A stretch of 64,000 bases of DNA, from assembly GCF_009914755.1 (NCBI RefSeq), contig NC_060935.1; one strand, given 5' to 3'. The position numbers and the translations under genes were made by a program. A model generated the notes under the pieces. That model was not told the origin of the DNA and ran no database searches. It was given only the letters and a program-made list of their open reading frames with translations. This document shows positions 26,721 through 40,334 of this stretch, piece after piece (the stretch's first letter is position 1; each line of letters starts with the position of its first letter). This DNA comes from the human T2T-CHM13v2.0 reference genome, Homo sapiens.

Positions 26721-26846
26721 CAGGGAGGCTGAGTCAGGAGAATTATCTGAATCTGGGAGGTGGAGTCTACAGTGAGGTGAGATCGTACCACTGCACTCCA
26801 GCCTGGGCAACAGGGCAAGACTCAGTCTCAAAAAAAAAAAAAAAAA
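26718..26846 (+). mobile_element. Alu right-arm 3' fragment with A tail
   Basis: gggaggctgagtcaggagaatt...cactgcactccagcctgggcaacag...ctcaaaa. Confidence 0.9.
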
Positions 26847-27149
26847 GAATGTATGAAAAATCACGTCATAATGTTTTTAGAAGGAAAAAAGCATTCAGTT
26901 TCCAAAACGGCAAGGTTTTCAGTCCTTTGTTTCTCTATGGCCTCCTGAGTTTGTCATTGCCCAAAGCCATTCCTACTGTATGTATCCAAATGTTTATTAC
27001 CACACACTGATTATGGATTTGGTACTTTATTTGGCTAAGTGATGACCACTTCTAGTCCTTGGCCAAGAGCAAATGAATAAACTCACAGAGATTGTAGGGG
27101 GAAAAAAAGCAATGAAAGTCATTATTAGCATCTCATAAGAAAGGCATTT

Positions 27150-27684
27150 TCATTATCTGTTGCTACATAAAAACCAACAATATCTAGCAGCTTAAAAACA
27201 ACAAGCATTTATTGTTTCATAGTTTCTGTTGGTCAGGCATTTAAGTGCTGCTAGGCTAGGTTCACCTAGCTCAAGGCCTCTCAGAAAGCCACAGTTTAGG
27301 TTTTCACCAGGGCTGCAGTCATCTCAAAGCTCAACTAAGGGAGGATTCACATTCAAACTTACTGAAGTGGCTTTTGGCAAGACTATTGGCAAAAGACATC
27401 AGTTCCTTACCATGTGGTTCTCTGTCTCTCTCACGTTACACAAAACATGGTAGCTGGCTTTTCTCAGAACAAATAATGGGAAATGGAGATAGTAAGCAAA
27501 GCAGAAGTCACCCATTTTATTGTAACCCAATCTCAGAAGTAACTTCTCACACCTTTTATCATGTTGAGTTCATTATAATTAAGTCACTAATTCCAGCCCA
27601 CACTCAAGGGTGGAGGATTACTTAAATGTGTAAAAAGCAGGAGGCACGGATTATAGGGGACCTTTTGGAGGTTGCTTTCTACAA
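27150..27684 (-). mobile_element. Old MLT1 (F/G/H-like) LTR
   Basis: gcttaaaaacaacaagcatttattg...cagggctgcagtcatc...ccagcccacactcaagggtggagga. Confidence 0.72.
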
Positions 27685-27715
27685 GGATAGTATCTTAGAT
27701 ATTTTGGAATCTGCC

Positions 27716-28088
27716 TGTATTCTTTCTCACTCTGCTATGAAAAAATACCAAAGACTGGGTGATTTATAAAGGAGAGGGGTTTAATTGACTCACAGTTCTG
27801 CATGGCTGGGGAGGCCTCAGAAAAACTTACAATCATGGCAGAAGAGGAAGCAAACGCATGTTTCTTCACAAGGTGGCAGGAGAAAGAAGTGCCAAGAAAA
27901 GAGAGAAAAGCCCCCTATCAAACTACCAGATCTCATGAGAACGAACTCTCTATCATGAGAACAGCATGAGGGTTACCATTCCTATGATTAAATTACCTCC
28001 CGCTGGTTTCCTCCTATGACATTTGAGGATAATGGTAACTAAAATTTAAGATGAGATTTGGGTGGAAACACAGAGCCAAACCATATCA
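27716..28088 (-). mobile_element. THE1C/D solo LTR
   Basis: Antisense THE1 ending gagccaaaccatatca; 5-bp TSD ctgcc at 27711-27715 and 28089-28093. Confidence 0.92.
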
Positions 28089-29173
28089 CTGCCTGATCTT
28101 CTTACCATGCAGTGACTCTCACATTATTAACTTGGTAGGTATTTATAAGTTTTACGATATTATTTCACATATAAACAACTTCTACATTATTCATACTGGT
28201 TAAAAATGCTAATACCTAAATTCTCCAGGTTATAATTAATTGGTCTGCAATGCATTAGGGTGGTTAAGGGAAAATAAGGGCTGGGGTTTCCAAAGTAATA
28301 TTAACTTGACACTCATTCTGACACTTTCCATAGGCATTTCAGTAAATAAAAGCTTTTTGTCCCACATATAAAGGCAGAAGTTCCACTTCAAATTACAAGT
28401 AATTTGAATAAATAAAATAATAGTATCAGTATTTTGTGAATCTACTTTTCCTTCCTTTCTTCATTTTCTTCCTTCTCTTTTTTCTTGTTTTCTTTCTTTT
28501 CTTCCTCTCTCACTTCTCCACTTTTTCTTTTTTATCTATCTTTTCAATAAAAACTTAAAAAAAAACAAGTCCCAGTCATATCCTTTAGTTTGTCTTGTAA
28601 CTGTCTAGAAATAGTATCCCTATTTCAAAACTCATTAACAACAACAAAAAATTACTAAGACCTCCAGCAAGCTACTAGCTTCCACCTGTAGATCCAGTCT
28701 CACCTCCTACTGCACCCTCCTTTTTATTTATGGTAGAATATTGTCTAAGAAGTCATAAAATCTTGATCTCAAGGCATTTGTTTATGTTATTTGTTCTTAA
28801 ATTCTATTATCTTCTTTCTGACATAATTAAAACAAATACAATAAACAAATACTTAGTTTTCAAGGTTTAGCTCAAAATTCCACACCACTGTGAAGCATTT
28901 ATAAAATTAACTGATTCTTTCTTTGTTAACTGAAAGCATTTTTACCACACTACTAGTATAGTACTTACTATATTACAACTATGATTGTTTTTAGTTTTTG
29001 TAGTTGTTTTAGTTGTTAGTTTTTCAAGGCTAGAATGTGAAAAAGTACTGAGCCCATACTGAAGAACGCAGCTAACATAGTGAACGGCCCTGTGTATTTC
29101 AAGGGGTTTTCAAGGGGTCGTCTGCTCAGATTTATAACTGAGAGCAAAGGGTAGATTCCAAAGGAACTATAAC

Positions 29174-29717
<544 letters not shown>

Positions 29718-30194
29718 TGATGGGATGAGGCGTTTTACTTGAAAAAAACTCTCTTTTCATGGGTCATTGATAAGAAATTGATGTGATGCTTTCCCCAGGA
29801 ACTTTGTTGGAATTGTAGGCAGGAGGCACTAATTCCATCTTATATTTCTGGTGAAAAGAGCCTTTGTAGCTTACAGCTGCTGGGGACTTATTTTAAGAAC
29901 ATAGAGAGGCATCTAATAATGAATATATCAGAATAGAAAGCAGAGTGAGGAAGTGAGGAGATTAGAGACTGATTTGTGTAATTGTTTTATGAAATGATTG
30001 AGTACATAGATTTTTTTTAAAAACAAAATTATCTTTTTTAAAGTTTTGTAAGCCTATTTATTATATTGTATTTTATTAAACTAGCATAAGGTGAGATTCT
30101 GTCATTTCCAATGAAAAGAATGACAATGACAGGAGGTAATGCAATTTTAATGTATTAATTTATGAATGAATGTTTAAAAGCATTTCAACAGGGC

Positions 30195-30394
30195 AGTCAT
30201 ATAATGTAAAACAAAGAACATGCACTTCAGAGGTAAACTGCTCAAGTCTGTATCTCCCAGGCTGCCATTTATAGTAGCAGCATGTCTATGGGAAAGTTAT
30301 GTATTCTTTGTGTTCTTTGTGTGCCTTTGTTTTTTCATCTGGAATATAGGAATAATCATACAACAGAAATATACAGGAATATAACATTGTTACA

Positions 30395-30433
<39 letters not shown>

Positions 30434-30500
30434 CATGCACATGTGTGCTTGTGCAGCTTTTAGAAGATTATCTGGTACATTGAAACATAACTGTTGGCAA
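30195..30500 (+). mobile_element. MIR fragment containing (TG)16 at 30398-30429
   Basis: ctgccatttatagtag...gtgcctttgtttttcatctggaatataggaataat MIR core-like. Confidence 0.6.
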
Positions 30501-30704
30501 TGAAATACCTTACAAAGTTTGCTCGAACCCATTGATTAATCAGAGGGTGTCTACTATATGCCAAACAACTATGCTACATATTTTAGTTAATAATAATAAA
30601 TAGGATGTGTTCATTGCCCTAAAATTATTTATGACCAAATGGAGGGAAAGGACCTGAAACTAAGTTATTAAAATAGAGTAACATGTAACAGATCTGTAAA
30701 ACAT

Positions 30705-30880
30705 TCCTCTGGTCTATCTGAAACTTTTTACCTGTTAGTAAACATTTCCCCATTCCACACCCCAAACCCCAGCCTCTGGCAACCAACATTCTACTCTCTA
30801 TGTCTATAAATTTGACTTTTTAAGATTCTGTATATAAGTGAAATCATGTGGTATTTTTTTTTTGCCTGGCTATTTCACGA
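30705..30880 (-). mobile_element. L1MA/MB 3' fragment
   Basis: cccagcctctggcaaccaacattctactctc...tataagtgaaatcatgtggtatt...gcctggct. Confidence 0.75.
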
Positions 30881-33436
30881 TTATTATTTGTCATTTAACA
30901 ATAACATTTTAAATAAATCTTTTAAAAAACTAAGCACTCCTCCCCAAAAATAGACCAAGACGATTATTAATTCATAAGTACACACAAATGACAATAGAAT
31001 AACTGATGGTGTCATGAATAACTGAGACCAGAAGTAACAGAGAAGGGTTCATAAAAGACACAGGTTTGAGTAGGCATAAAGGAAAACCATGAGTTTAACA
31101 AATGGGGTAGACTAGAGGATATAAGTATTTTAAAAAGGTAAAGAAATATAGAAACTTATCTAGTTATTGGATAACATACAATAGCATTTACATCATAAAG
31201 TAGTTTTGAAGGTTTCTTGTACTTCAAAGCAATTCTGACCTGTAGGATTTAATTGTGAGTTAATCATTTTCTAAAAAATCAAGGATAATGTTTTCTACAT
31301 AGATATTAAAGATATATGCTATTTCTATTTACATACTTTATATTCTTTCATTAAACCTGTTTTCTAGGAAGAAATTAATCCAGTAATTCTAACTCAATCA
31401 AAGCACTAAAATGAACATAATAGGTCAAAAACTAGTTCATAGAAACAATTTCAATTAAGCTATGGAATTTTATTTTCATTAAGTTCTTTATTACTGTTCT
31501 TAAAATAACTTCTCCAATACAATTTTAATTCTGTAACACCAGTATTTTGATTAGATTAGATAAATTGTTATCTACTATGAAATTTGATATGTCCTTCAAA
31601 ATTTCTCTCTAGTTAAATATATTTACTTATTTAATAGATTAATTTGTTAATTAATTTAATTATAATCCACCTCTTTGGTTGCTGGAACTTTTTCAATTAT
31701 TTATTGGATAATTTTCAAACAACTCTGTATTCAAATCTCTCAAGCATTTCTTTTTCTTTCATAATTTTTAGTGAAGTCATCCACTGGAGACCAGAGCATG
31801 TAACATGTTTTGTTTAAAAAAAAACACCTGTCTTCTGAAAACCTAGAATTTATGTTCTGGGCTTCTGGAACTTAAAATGGTAACATTTTATTGACCCCAT
31901 GATTACTTTATATACCTTGTTGTATTGTGTTTTAATTTACGACAATTGAGAAGCTCTTTGCAGCGTTTCATTTGTCAGGCTTAGTGGTGTCAGATGTTTG
32001 AAGTAAACAACATTTTGAAGATATGTGGTTATCCTACATGTATATAAGAATTGGGATTAAACTTTTCCTTTCTTAAGCACCTTGTATTCATAGGAGTGGT
32101 TTAATAGTTACTATGTTCTCTCACTCACAATATGCAAGGATAAGTGGCAAAATAAACCCACATGTTAAACTAATTAAAACACATTTTCCTTTAAATTTCT
32201 CAGTGTGAAACTATCGTGCAAAAGGTGATGATAAAAAGGGACAGATTAAGTTTATTATAACTTTAGCATAAATGTATGAGTGGGGCTAATAGATCATTTT
32301 CGTGTTTTAAAATATTTCATAATGCATAAAGTGTGAAGTTAGTGAAAAAGAAAGATAGAGCTAGTGCATGAATGTATCTCTGTACCCCCTGCAAGTTACT
32401 TTACCGATGTAAGGTTTAGTTTTCTCATCAGCAATTTAGGAACAATAATAGAATTGAAGTAAAAGCTGTTGGAATGATAAAATAGCACACATAATCATTT
32501 AACCCAATGTTCTCCAAAATAACTTCTTTGGTCAGACACACTGGGAGAAGTTGTCAAATTAAATGGCGATTTAGAAGAAAATATATGAATTTAGGTGAAA
32601 AAATTCTCTCTCTATACTTACATAAAATGTGTGTATAACAAATTATGTGTATTTATTTATGTATTTATAGTTTATCTTTCCAAGCTCTATGAGACAATGT
32701 GTTACTTTAACTTGAACAAGTAAACCTTAACTTCCCCAGTTGAATGTCAGAATTATACAGACCATTATACAGACCCTACATGGTAATGAGATAAAAGTTA
32801 AAAACATTATCAAATGAGAAGAGTAGAGGGTAGTCTTCTAAGCTGTTCCTCTTTAATACATATTAAGGCTGTAATTCAGTCAATAACAAATAATATATCA
32901 CCTAACACTGGAGGAACTTTGACTTCTAATACCTGACAGTAAAGTGGAGAGCCCAAGATGGACATTAAATTCTCTATGAAGACTCCTATCAGGTCACCCA
33001 ACACAGAATTCAGCACAGATATAACTATTGAATAGTTATATGCTCAGAAGCGTAGGGTGTGAGTGACAAAATGATGTAACTTCTGAGCATGTATTTTAAT
33101 TTTTTTGTAAATACACAAATGTTTCAACTCAAAACTGTGCATATCTGCTAATATAAAAATGTAAAAGTGGATCCTTAATCATAACACATGTCCCACACAC
33201 TTAAATTAAGACCAACTTAGGCCAATTACTAAGTTAAATAATATAAGACCAATAATAAAAATTAGAATGTTTAAAAATTTTCTTGTAAGTTATATAATAA
33301 CTAATTTTGAATGCTCTTATGTCTGAAGTCCATTTTCTCTGAGCTTTATGTCTAACAAATTTTATACATTTTAAGTGAAAAATTAATGCTATATTATTTC
33401 TGAGCTTTCACAATTGTTTACATAGCTAGATAAAGC

Positions 33437-33520
33437 AAATCATTTAGAATGAAATCATTTGCATTTACTTGTAAGTGGAAATTATTTAGAATGAAATCAT
33501 TTGCATTTATTTATAAGTAG
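33437..33520. repeat. 42-bp tandem duplication (2 copies, 4 mismatches)
   Basis: aaatcatttagaatgaaatcatttgcatttacttgtaagtgg / aaattatttagaatgaaatcatttgcatttatttataagtag. Confidence 0.95.
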
Positions 33521-33654
33521 AAATTTACATTTTGTTATATATTTTAACTATAAAAACATATAGAATCAATTGGATGCTGAAACTGATTGAAAAGAACAAA
33601 TTTGTCATTGTAAATATTGTCACTGTAACATTTTAGAAATGTTATTTCTAAAAG

Positions 33655-34428
33655 AAAATGTTATTTACCTGAGAATAGGCACTGCAATTGGATGGCAGGT
33701 GCCATAGTAAACTATGTGCATTTCAGGGAGGTAAAGAAAGACAAACGTTTTAGAGGAAAAACGAGGAGGATTATATAATTGTTTTGAGATTATCCTTGCC
33801 CACAAGAATCAGTAGCAAGTTTCCTGTCAGTCAAAGGTTGAACAGGCAGTTGCTGAGCAGATGTCCTCACAGACAAATTATTTTTTGGTGTAAGGTTGAC
33901 ATGGCCTTTGTGCAAGGTTGTGGTTTTTCCAGAATTTTTTGTGACTTTTTTTTTTCATGATAGTTTTTGCTGCAGACATTTGTGTCTGAGAACCTTCCAT
34001 TTGTGGCCTTCCTGGGGTTCATTTTCATTTTTCAAGGTTTTGTTTGCTTATTTGGTTGGGGTTTTTTTGTTTTTGTTTTCTTTTGAGACAGGGTCTTACT
34101 CTGTTACCCAGGCTAAAGTCTGTGGCTATACATAGGTATGACCAAGCTCACTGCAGCCTCCAACTCCTAGGCTCAAGTGATCCTCCTATCTCAGCCTACC
34201 AAGTAGCTGGGACTACAAGCATGTGCCACCATGCCAGGCTAACTTTTTGAAAATTTTTATTAGAGATGAGGTCTCACTTTGTTGCCCACACTGGTCTCGA
34301 AGTCCTGGCTTCAAGCAATCCTCCAGCCTCAGCCTCCCAAAGATCTGTGATTACAGGTGTAAGCCACCATGCCTAGCTTTGTTTTGTTTTGTTTTTAGCA
34401 GAAGTGACTCCATTTTGATTTTCGCAAA
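33655..34428 (-). mobile_element. ERV1 LTR, MER67-like, interrupted by an AluJ
   Basis: gtgactccattttgatt terminus; ggcctttgtgcaaggttgtggttttt; caggcagttgctgagcagatgtcctc. Confidence 0.65.
34062..34377 (-). mobile_element. AluJ
   Basis: gagacagggtct..., gctcaagtgatcctcc J-type diagnostics. Confidence 0.9.
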
Positions 34429-34526
34429 GTAAAACAATAACAAGAAAAAAAACCTGTGTTCATTAATCAAGATGTAAATAATTTAAATTTGTTAAAGTAT
34501 TCTCATAGTTATATTAAATCACTGAA

Positions 34527-35406
34527 GTATTAAGTCAGAGTTCTACAGAGAAATAGAACCAATAGGATATATATAGATGTACAGAAAAACATTTATTCTG
34601 AGGGTTTGGCTCACGGGATTATGGAGACTGAGGATTACCATAATCTGCTATCTGCAAGCTGTAGGACTAGGAAAGCCAAGAGGTATAGTTCCAGTCCAAG
34701 CCTGAAGGTTGGAGAACTATAGGAGCCAATAGTGTTAAGTCTCATTCCAAGTCCGAGGGCCTGAGAGTGAAGGGGCTGATGGTTTTGGTCTAAGTCTGAG
34801 TCTGAAGATCCATTAACCAGAAGTGCCAATGACCTGGCCAAAGGCATAAAAGGATGAAAGAATAGAAATTCACCCTCTGTCTTTTTATTCTGTTTAGGCC
34901 ATCAAAGGATTGAATGGTGCCCATGCACATTGGTGAGGGTGATCTTATTTACTCATTCTTCCAATTCAAATGCTAATCTCTTCTAAAAATATTTTCACAG
35001 ATCTTATAAATACACCAGGGATTCAGTCTAGGTTCTGATGCTCACTTCACCATCATTGAGATGAAGAATATTGCCAGGTAAGAAGCCTTTATTCGGGTGC
35101 CACAGCTGAGGAGAATGGGAGATCAGTCTCAAATCCATCTCCCTGACCAATTAAAATGGGGACTTCCAGTTCCCTGATATTATCTGGTAGACCTGATGAT
35201 TGGTTTCCTGAAAAAGGAACTCAGATAAGACAAATGTAACTTTAAGTTTTAAGTCTGGGAGGGTCAATTTCTGTGTTTGTTCAAAAGAAACCATAATCAC
35301 TAGTTCTATGAGACAATTGGGCTGGTTTCACAGGCACACCCAGGAATACCAACTAAACAGACATCACTTGGGCTAGTCAAGTTGACACATAAAAGTAACA
35401 GTCCCA
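34527..35406 (-). mobile_element. MLT2-family LTR interrupted by a MER66-like LTR
   Basis: cagagaaatagaaccaatagga...aatgctaatctcttc...ctagtcaagttgacacataaaa. Confidence 0.78.
35002..35330 (-). mobile_element. ERV1 LTR, MER66-like, internally deleted
   Basis: Minus-strand start TGAAACCAGCCCAATTGTCTCATAGAAC; AATAAA on the minus strand; approximate TSD caga/cagg. Confidence 0.65.
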
Positions 35407-35448
35407 CTCATTAAGTAAATGCTATTAACTCAAATTATAAACTACTGA

Positions 35449-35755
<307 letters not shown>

Positions 35756-35814
35756 CATGATCCAATATTTTTACTCAAATATAAATTGATGATTTTGAAG
35801 ATAGTTGTAATTAT

Positions 35815-36337
35815 TGTGATGGTTAATATTAAGTGTCAACTTGATTGGACTGAAGGATGTCAAGTATTGTTCATGGGTGTGTCTGTGAGGGTACTGCCAA
35901 AAGAGATTAACATTTGAATCAGTGAACTGGGAGAGGCAGACCTACCCTCAATCTGGGTGGGCACCATCTAGTAACTGGCAGCACAGCTAGAATAAAGCAG
36001 ACTTGCTGAGTCTTCTGACCAACATCTTTCTCCAGTGATGGATGCTTCCTACACTGGAACATCAGACTCTAAGTTCTTCAGCTCTTGGACTCTTGGATTT
36101 ACACCATTGATTTGCCAGGGGATCTCCAGCCTTCAGCCAGACTTAAGACTGTACTGTCGGCTTCCCTACTTTTGAGGTTTTGGGACTCAGACTGGCTTCC
36201 TTGCTCCTCAGTTTGCAGATGGCCTACTGTGGGACTTCAGCTTGTGATCATATGAGCCAATACTCCTTAATAAACTCTTCTTCCTATATTAATCTAACCT
36301 ATTAGTTCTGTCCCTCTAGAGCACCCTGACTAATGCA
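35815..36337 (+). mobile_element. MLT2A (probably MLT2A2) HERV-L solo LTR
   Basis: tgtgatggttaatattaagtgtcaacttgattgg...aataaactc...gtccctctagagcaccctgactaatgca; 523 bp. Confidence 0.9.
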
Positions 36338-36404
36338 ATCACAAACTAAATATTATGTTTCCTTTAAATGGTATGCCATTAAAATAACACTATTTCATCA
36401 TTTC

Positions 36405-36611
36405 CATTAGCCCTCTGTATCTATGGGTGCTGCATCCATGGATTCAACCAACCGTGGACTAAATACATACTTCTGATCAGCATTTGCTTGAATTTGCAGA
36501 TGTGGAACCTGCAGATGCAGGGGGCTGACTTAAGAGACGAGGATCCACAGACGCTGACATCCATGGTGGGTATTGGTTCAAATTCCTGGTGAATGCTAAG
36601 AGATAACTGTA
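36405..36611. mobile_element. MER2-family (Tigger-derived) MITE
   Basis: ccctctgtatctatggg...gcatccatggattcaaccaacc...gatgtggaacctgcagat...aactgta. Confidence 0.7.
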
Positions 36612-38173
36612 TTTGTTTTGTAAAAGAGTTAAAATTTTTAGAAAAACATTAATTAAAAACCTATCTAATAAGTGAGAAACTTTTGATTTGCATAGTAATT
36701 ATTGTATATGTCATAGCATTAATTATTAACAGTACATATCTCAATACGTTTGTACTTTTAAAACAATTTTGCCACTAGGCAGGATAGCAAGATGACAATG
36801 AATGTGATGTAGATTATCTAGAACAGCAGTTCACTGGCACTTTAGTAAAAGGGCTTAGAAGAACGTGGAAATTGAATTATATGAGTTACTTCTTCATTAG
36901 TATCCCCAACAAAGGCCACTCTGTCCTCATATATTGGTAAAAACGTGGAGGCAAGGCATAGAGAATGATGGTGCATTAAGGAGCCCATCTGTATATGGGA
37001 AAACAGTTCATTTTCAATGTTGGAATTAAATTCTATGCATAAGATAGACAACTTTAGGAAAATAACTTGGCAAGAAATCATCAAGTCAGTATTATTTTGG
37101 CGTCATTACTACTTTGGATGATATGGGCTCCTGGCCTTGTTTATACCACACTTGTTCTCTTCTTCACCCTCAGTTACTGGCTTCCTGTCTTCCTGCATCC
37201 ACCCACATGCTTAAGTGTCTGCTCTTGCCCCTGCCTTAGCACTAACGATTTATTTAAAAACATGCTAAAAGAGTAAACTAAACTAATTCATCTAAGAGAC
37301 CATTCAGACCATCATATTTTGCACATGCTTTTTTATATCTTACCATTAGAATTATAAACCTTCTAGGTCATTCATCATGATCTAATCTCATATAACTATA
37401 CATTTTTGTTTATTGTCTTACCAGAGTCTATCATTTATGTATCTGGGAGATACATATATCCAAAAAAGATACAGTATGCCTTCAGGAAGTCATAATATAC
37501 TAGCTATAATATCTCCTATATTCATTCTTCAAAGTTCTTTTTGTTCTTAATAAAACTGAATTCAGGCTGCCAAGTGAAGACACTGGGTGCCAGCTTCTGA
37601 AGGTGATACTTCTATTTTTCTCCTCCACATTATGTGCCACATAACCCAAAGATGTGCTGCTTGCTCTCTGTGTCTCCTCCCCCTTTTCATTACCCACTTA
37701 CATACTGTATTCCTCTCTTCTCACTTAAAATGTCCAATTAGGTTGAAGTCATTCATTATGACTTCAATATCGATGGAGACGATATAGCAAACACCTGGTG
37801 TCTGTGTTCTTTTTACTTCCTCATTTCTAAAGACCTTTTCCTTCTCTTAACCTCAGCCTCTTACTCTTCATTTGGTGATTTGCTATTTAATGACAACAAA
37901 ATATAGGTATACCACCTCTGAAATTCATAATTTAAGTATCTCACTCTGTTAATAACACCACTTAACTTTCAAGCTATCTTTTAATCTTTCTCCCATGTCA
38001 ATTTTTTTTCAAACTTCTGGCGACTTTCAGTCATTATCTACCATTACCTATGTCCTCTCTTCTATCTTTAAACTGCTTGATTTTGTAGTCTATTACTATA
38101 GCCATTCAATTAATTGAAAGTATTCTTACTTCAGTGGCCTTTTTTACTTATAGAAACAACTCTATTTAAACTA

Positions 38174-38465
38174 TTTTTTTTTTTTGAGATGGATTTTCAC
38201 TCTTTCACCCAGGCTGGAGTGCAGTGGCACAATCTCGGCTCACTGCACCCCCCGCCCTCCGGTTTGAAGTGATTCTCCTGCCTCAGCCTCCCGAGTAGCT
38301 GGGATTACAGGTGCCTGCCACCACGCCCAGCTAATTTTTGTAATTTTACTAGAGATGGGGTTTCACCATGTTCGCCCGGATGGTCTCGAACTCCTGACCT
38401 TGTGATCCACCCACCTCGGCCTCCCAAAGTGCTGGGATTACAGACATGAGCCACCTCACCCAGCC
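38174..38465 (-). mobile_element. AluS (Sg/Sc-like)
   Basis: Full dimer; TSD taaacta at 38167-38173 and 38466-38472. Confidence 0.95.
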
Positions 38466-38998
38466 TAAACTAAAATTTCAGTGTAAACTGTAGAATACAG
38501 CAACAAGGCCTACACCAACCTTGATGAATGCTTTTGTAAAAAACACACAACGATGGTGACTGAAATTTTAAAGCCATAGCTTTTAAGTAGGCTTTCTAAA
38601 CTATAACTATTATCCTGGTAGGTTTACTTTCTCACTCTGATAAAGGTGTAATATTTTTAAAAAACCCCTACCCCTGCTCAGTATTTAACTCTTAGTCAAT
38701 TAACTTACTTCTTACTTCTCTAAGAAAACAAAAGCAACCCGATTGTTCATAAAAAAGCTATCTCCATTTTGATAGATCTCTATATAGTTGATTTTTCCTC
38801 TTTTTTTCAAAGGTAAAACTTTTCTGCTTCCTAAGTTCACACTTTAAATTGTTCCTTATATCCCATTGCATCTGGTTACTCAAGGATTTCATTCTTGCCA
38901 TTATACCCTTTCCTTTTAAATCTCTAGTTTTCGTTTCTACCACACACATTAAATTTAACGTAAACACAAAATAATTCTTTAGTTTTGTGAAACACTCC

Positions 38999-39685
38999 TG
39001 TTAACAGTAGAGGGTGTCCAGGTTCTTGGCGTCTTGAAGAAAGAATTGTACAAAAGGCACAAACAAAGCAAGGAAAGGCCAGGCATGGTGGCTCACACCT
39101 GTAATCCCAACACTTTGGGAGGCCGAGGCAGGTGGATCACCCGAGGTCAGGAGTTCGAGACCATCCAGCCTGATCAACATGGTGAAACTAAAATACAAAA
39201 ATACATGTCTCTACTAAAAATACAAAAAGTATCCAGGCGTGGTGGTGCATGCCTGTAATCCCAGCTACTTGGGAGGCTCAGGCAAGAGAATCACTTGAAC
39301 CTGAGAGGCAGAAGTTGCAGTAAGCCAAGATGGCGCCATTGCACTCCAGCTGGAGCAACAAGAGCAAAACTCCATCTAAAAAAAAAAAAGCAAGAAAGGA
39401 ATTAAGGGATTTATTCGAAATGAAAGTACACTCCACAGTCACAGTGTGGGAACGGGCCTGAGCATAGGGGCTCAAAGGCTCCGTTATAGAATGTTGGGGA
39501 GTTTAAATACCCCCTAGAGGATTCCGTTGGTTACTTGAGGTACACTCTATGTAAATGGAGAGGATGAGGTAAAGTTACAAAGTCATTTACTTGGCCTATG
39601 CCCTATGGAGAGGATATCTCCTGTCATAGCCAAAGTGTGAATCAGCCTTATGTTCCCTGCCTCCAGACCTCATTTTCCTGCCTCA
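38999..39685 (-). mobile_element. 3' LTR (MER51A-like) with nested Alu
   Basis: Minus strand TGAGGCAGGAAAAT...GTTAACA; homologous to 45796-46152. Confidence 0.9.
39077..39388 (+). mobile_element. AluSq/Sp-like in the 3' LTR
   Basis: TSD aaagcaag(g)aaa; gcaacaagagcaaaactcc diagnostic; short duplication of the A-rich linker at about 39189-39205. Confidence 0.93.
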
Positions 39686-40334
39686 TTTCCCCGCTGAGAG
39701 ATGTGATCCCCATAAATCTTTATGAGAGACAGAGGGGCCGATGGTCTTTTTTCTGTAACTGCTTCATACTGGCTTGGGGTTTTAGTCCCTACCTATTGGG
39801 GATCATGGAACTCTTACCCTGCTGTGTCTAGTGGAGGCAGGGTAGCTCCTTGATGGCCAGGGGTGGTGTCTTCACCTGGAACTTGCTGGAGCCTTTGTTG
39901 AGTGATCATCTGAAGCTCGATGGTCTCTAGGTGAGAGGAAATGAATTTGGTTAAAAGATTTCATGGGAACTTCAGGGAGTGGATACCTATGATGCCAGAG
40001 AAGTTTGTTATAGAGATTTACAGAAGAAAAACAAACCCTGGTCTGTTCTGGAATCCATGTGTTTCCTTAAAGTCTTAGCATGAGCAACTCCATTTTGGTT
40101 TGGTTTGGTTTGTTGGGGCCTAGTGCATGAGCTCAGTCCAAAACAATGGCCTCTCATAATTTTGTTTAAAAAAAAAATCCCCTTTTTTGGTCAGGTTTTC
40201 ACTTAGACGAGAGTGTGACTAAAACTTATGGCCTTAGCCCCACTCTCAGTTACCATCATTTTGGGTTTCTGGTCTCAGCATGTCATTCATAGGTTACAGT
40301 GTCCTCATAGTTGCACATTTCTTTCAGCACTTGT

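Noticed and set aside
32752-32775. attatacagacc duplicated; other short duplications near 11390, 20416 and 33601
   Set aside because: Ordinary slippage duplications with no further structure
33437-33520. Repeats as a CRISPR-like or other repeat-spacer array
   Set aside because: Only two adjacent copies with no spacers, in eukaryotic DNA
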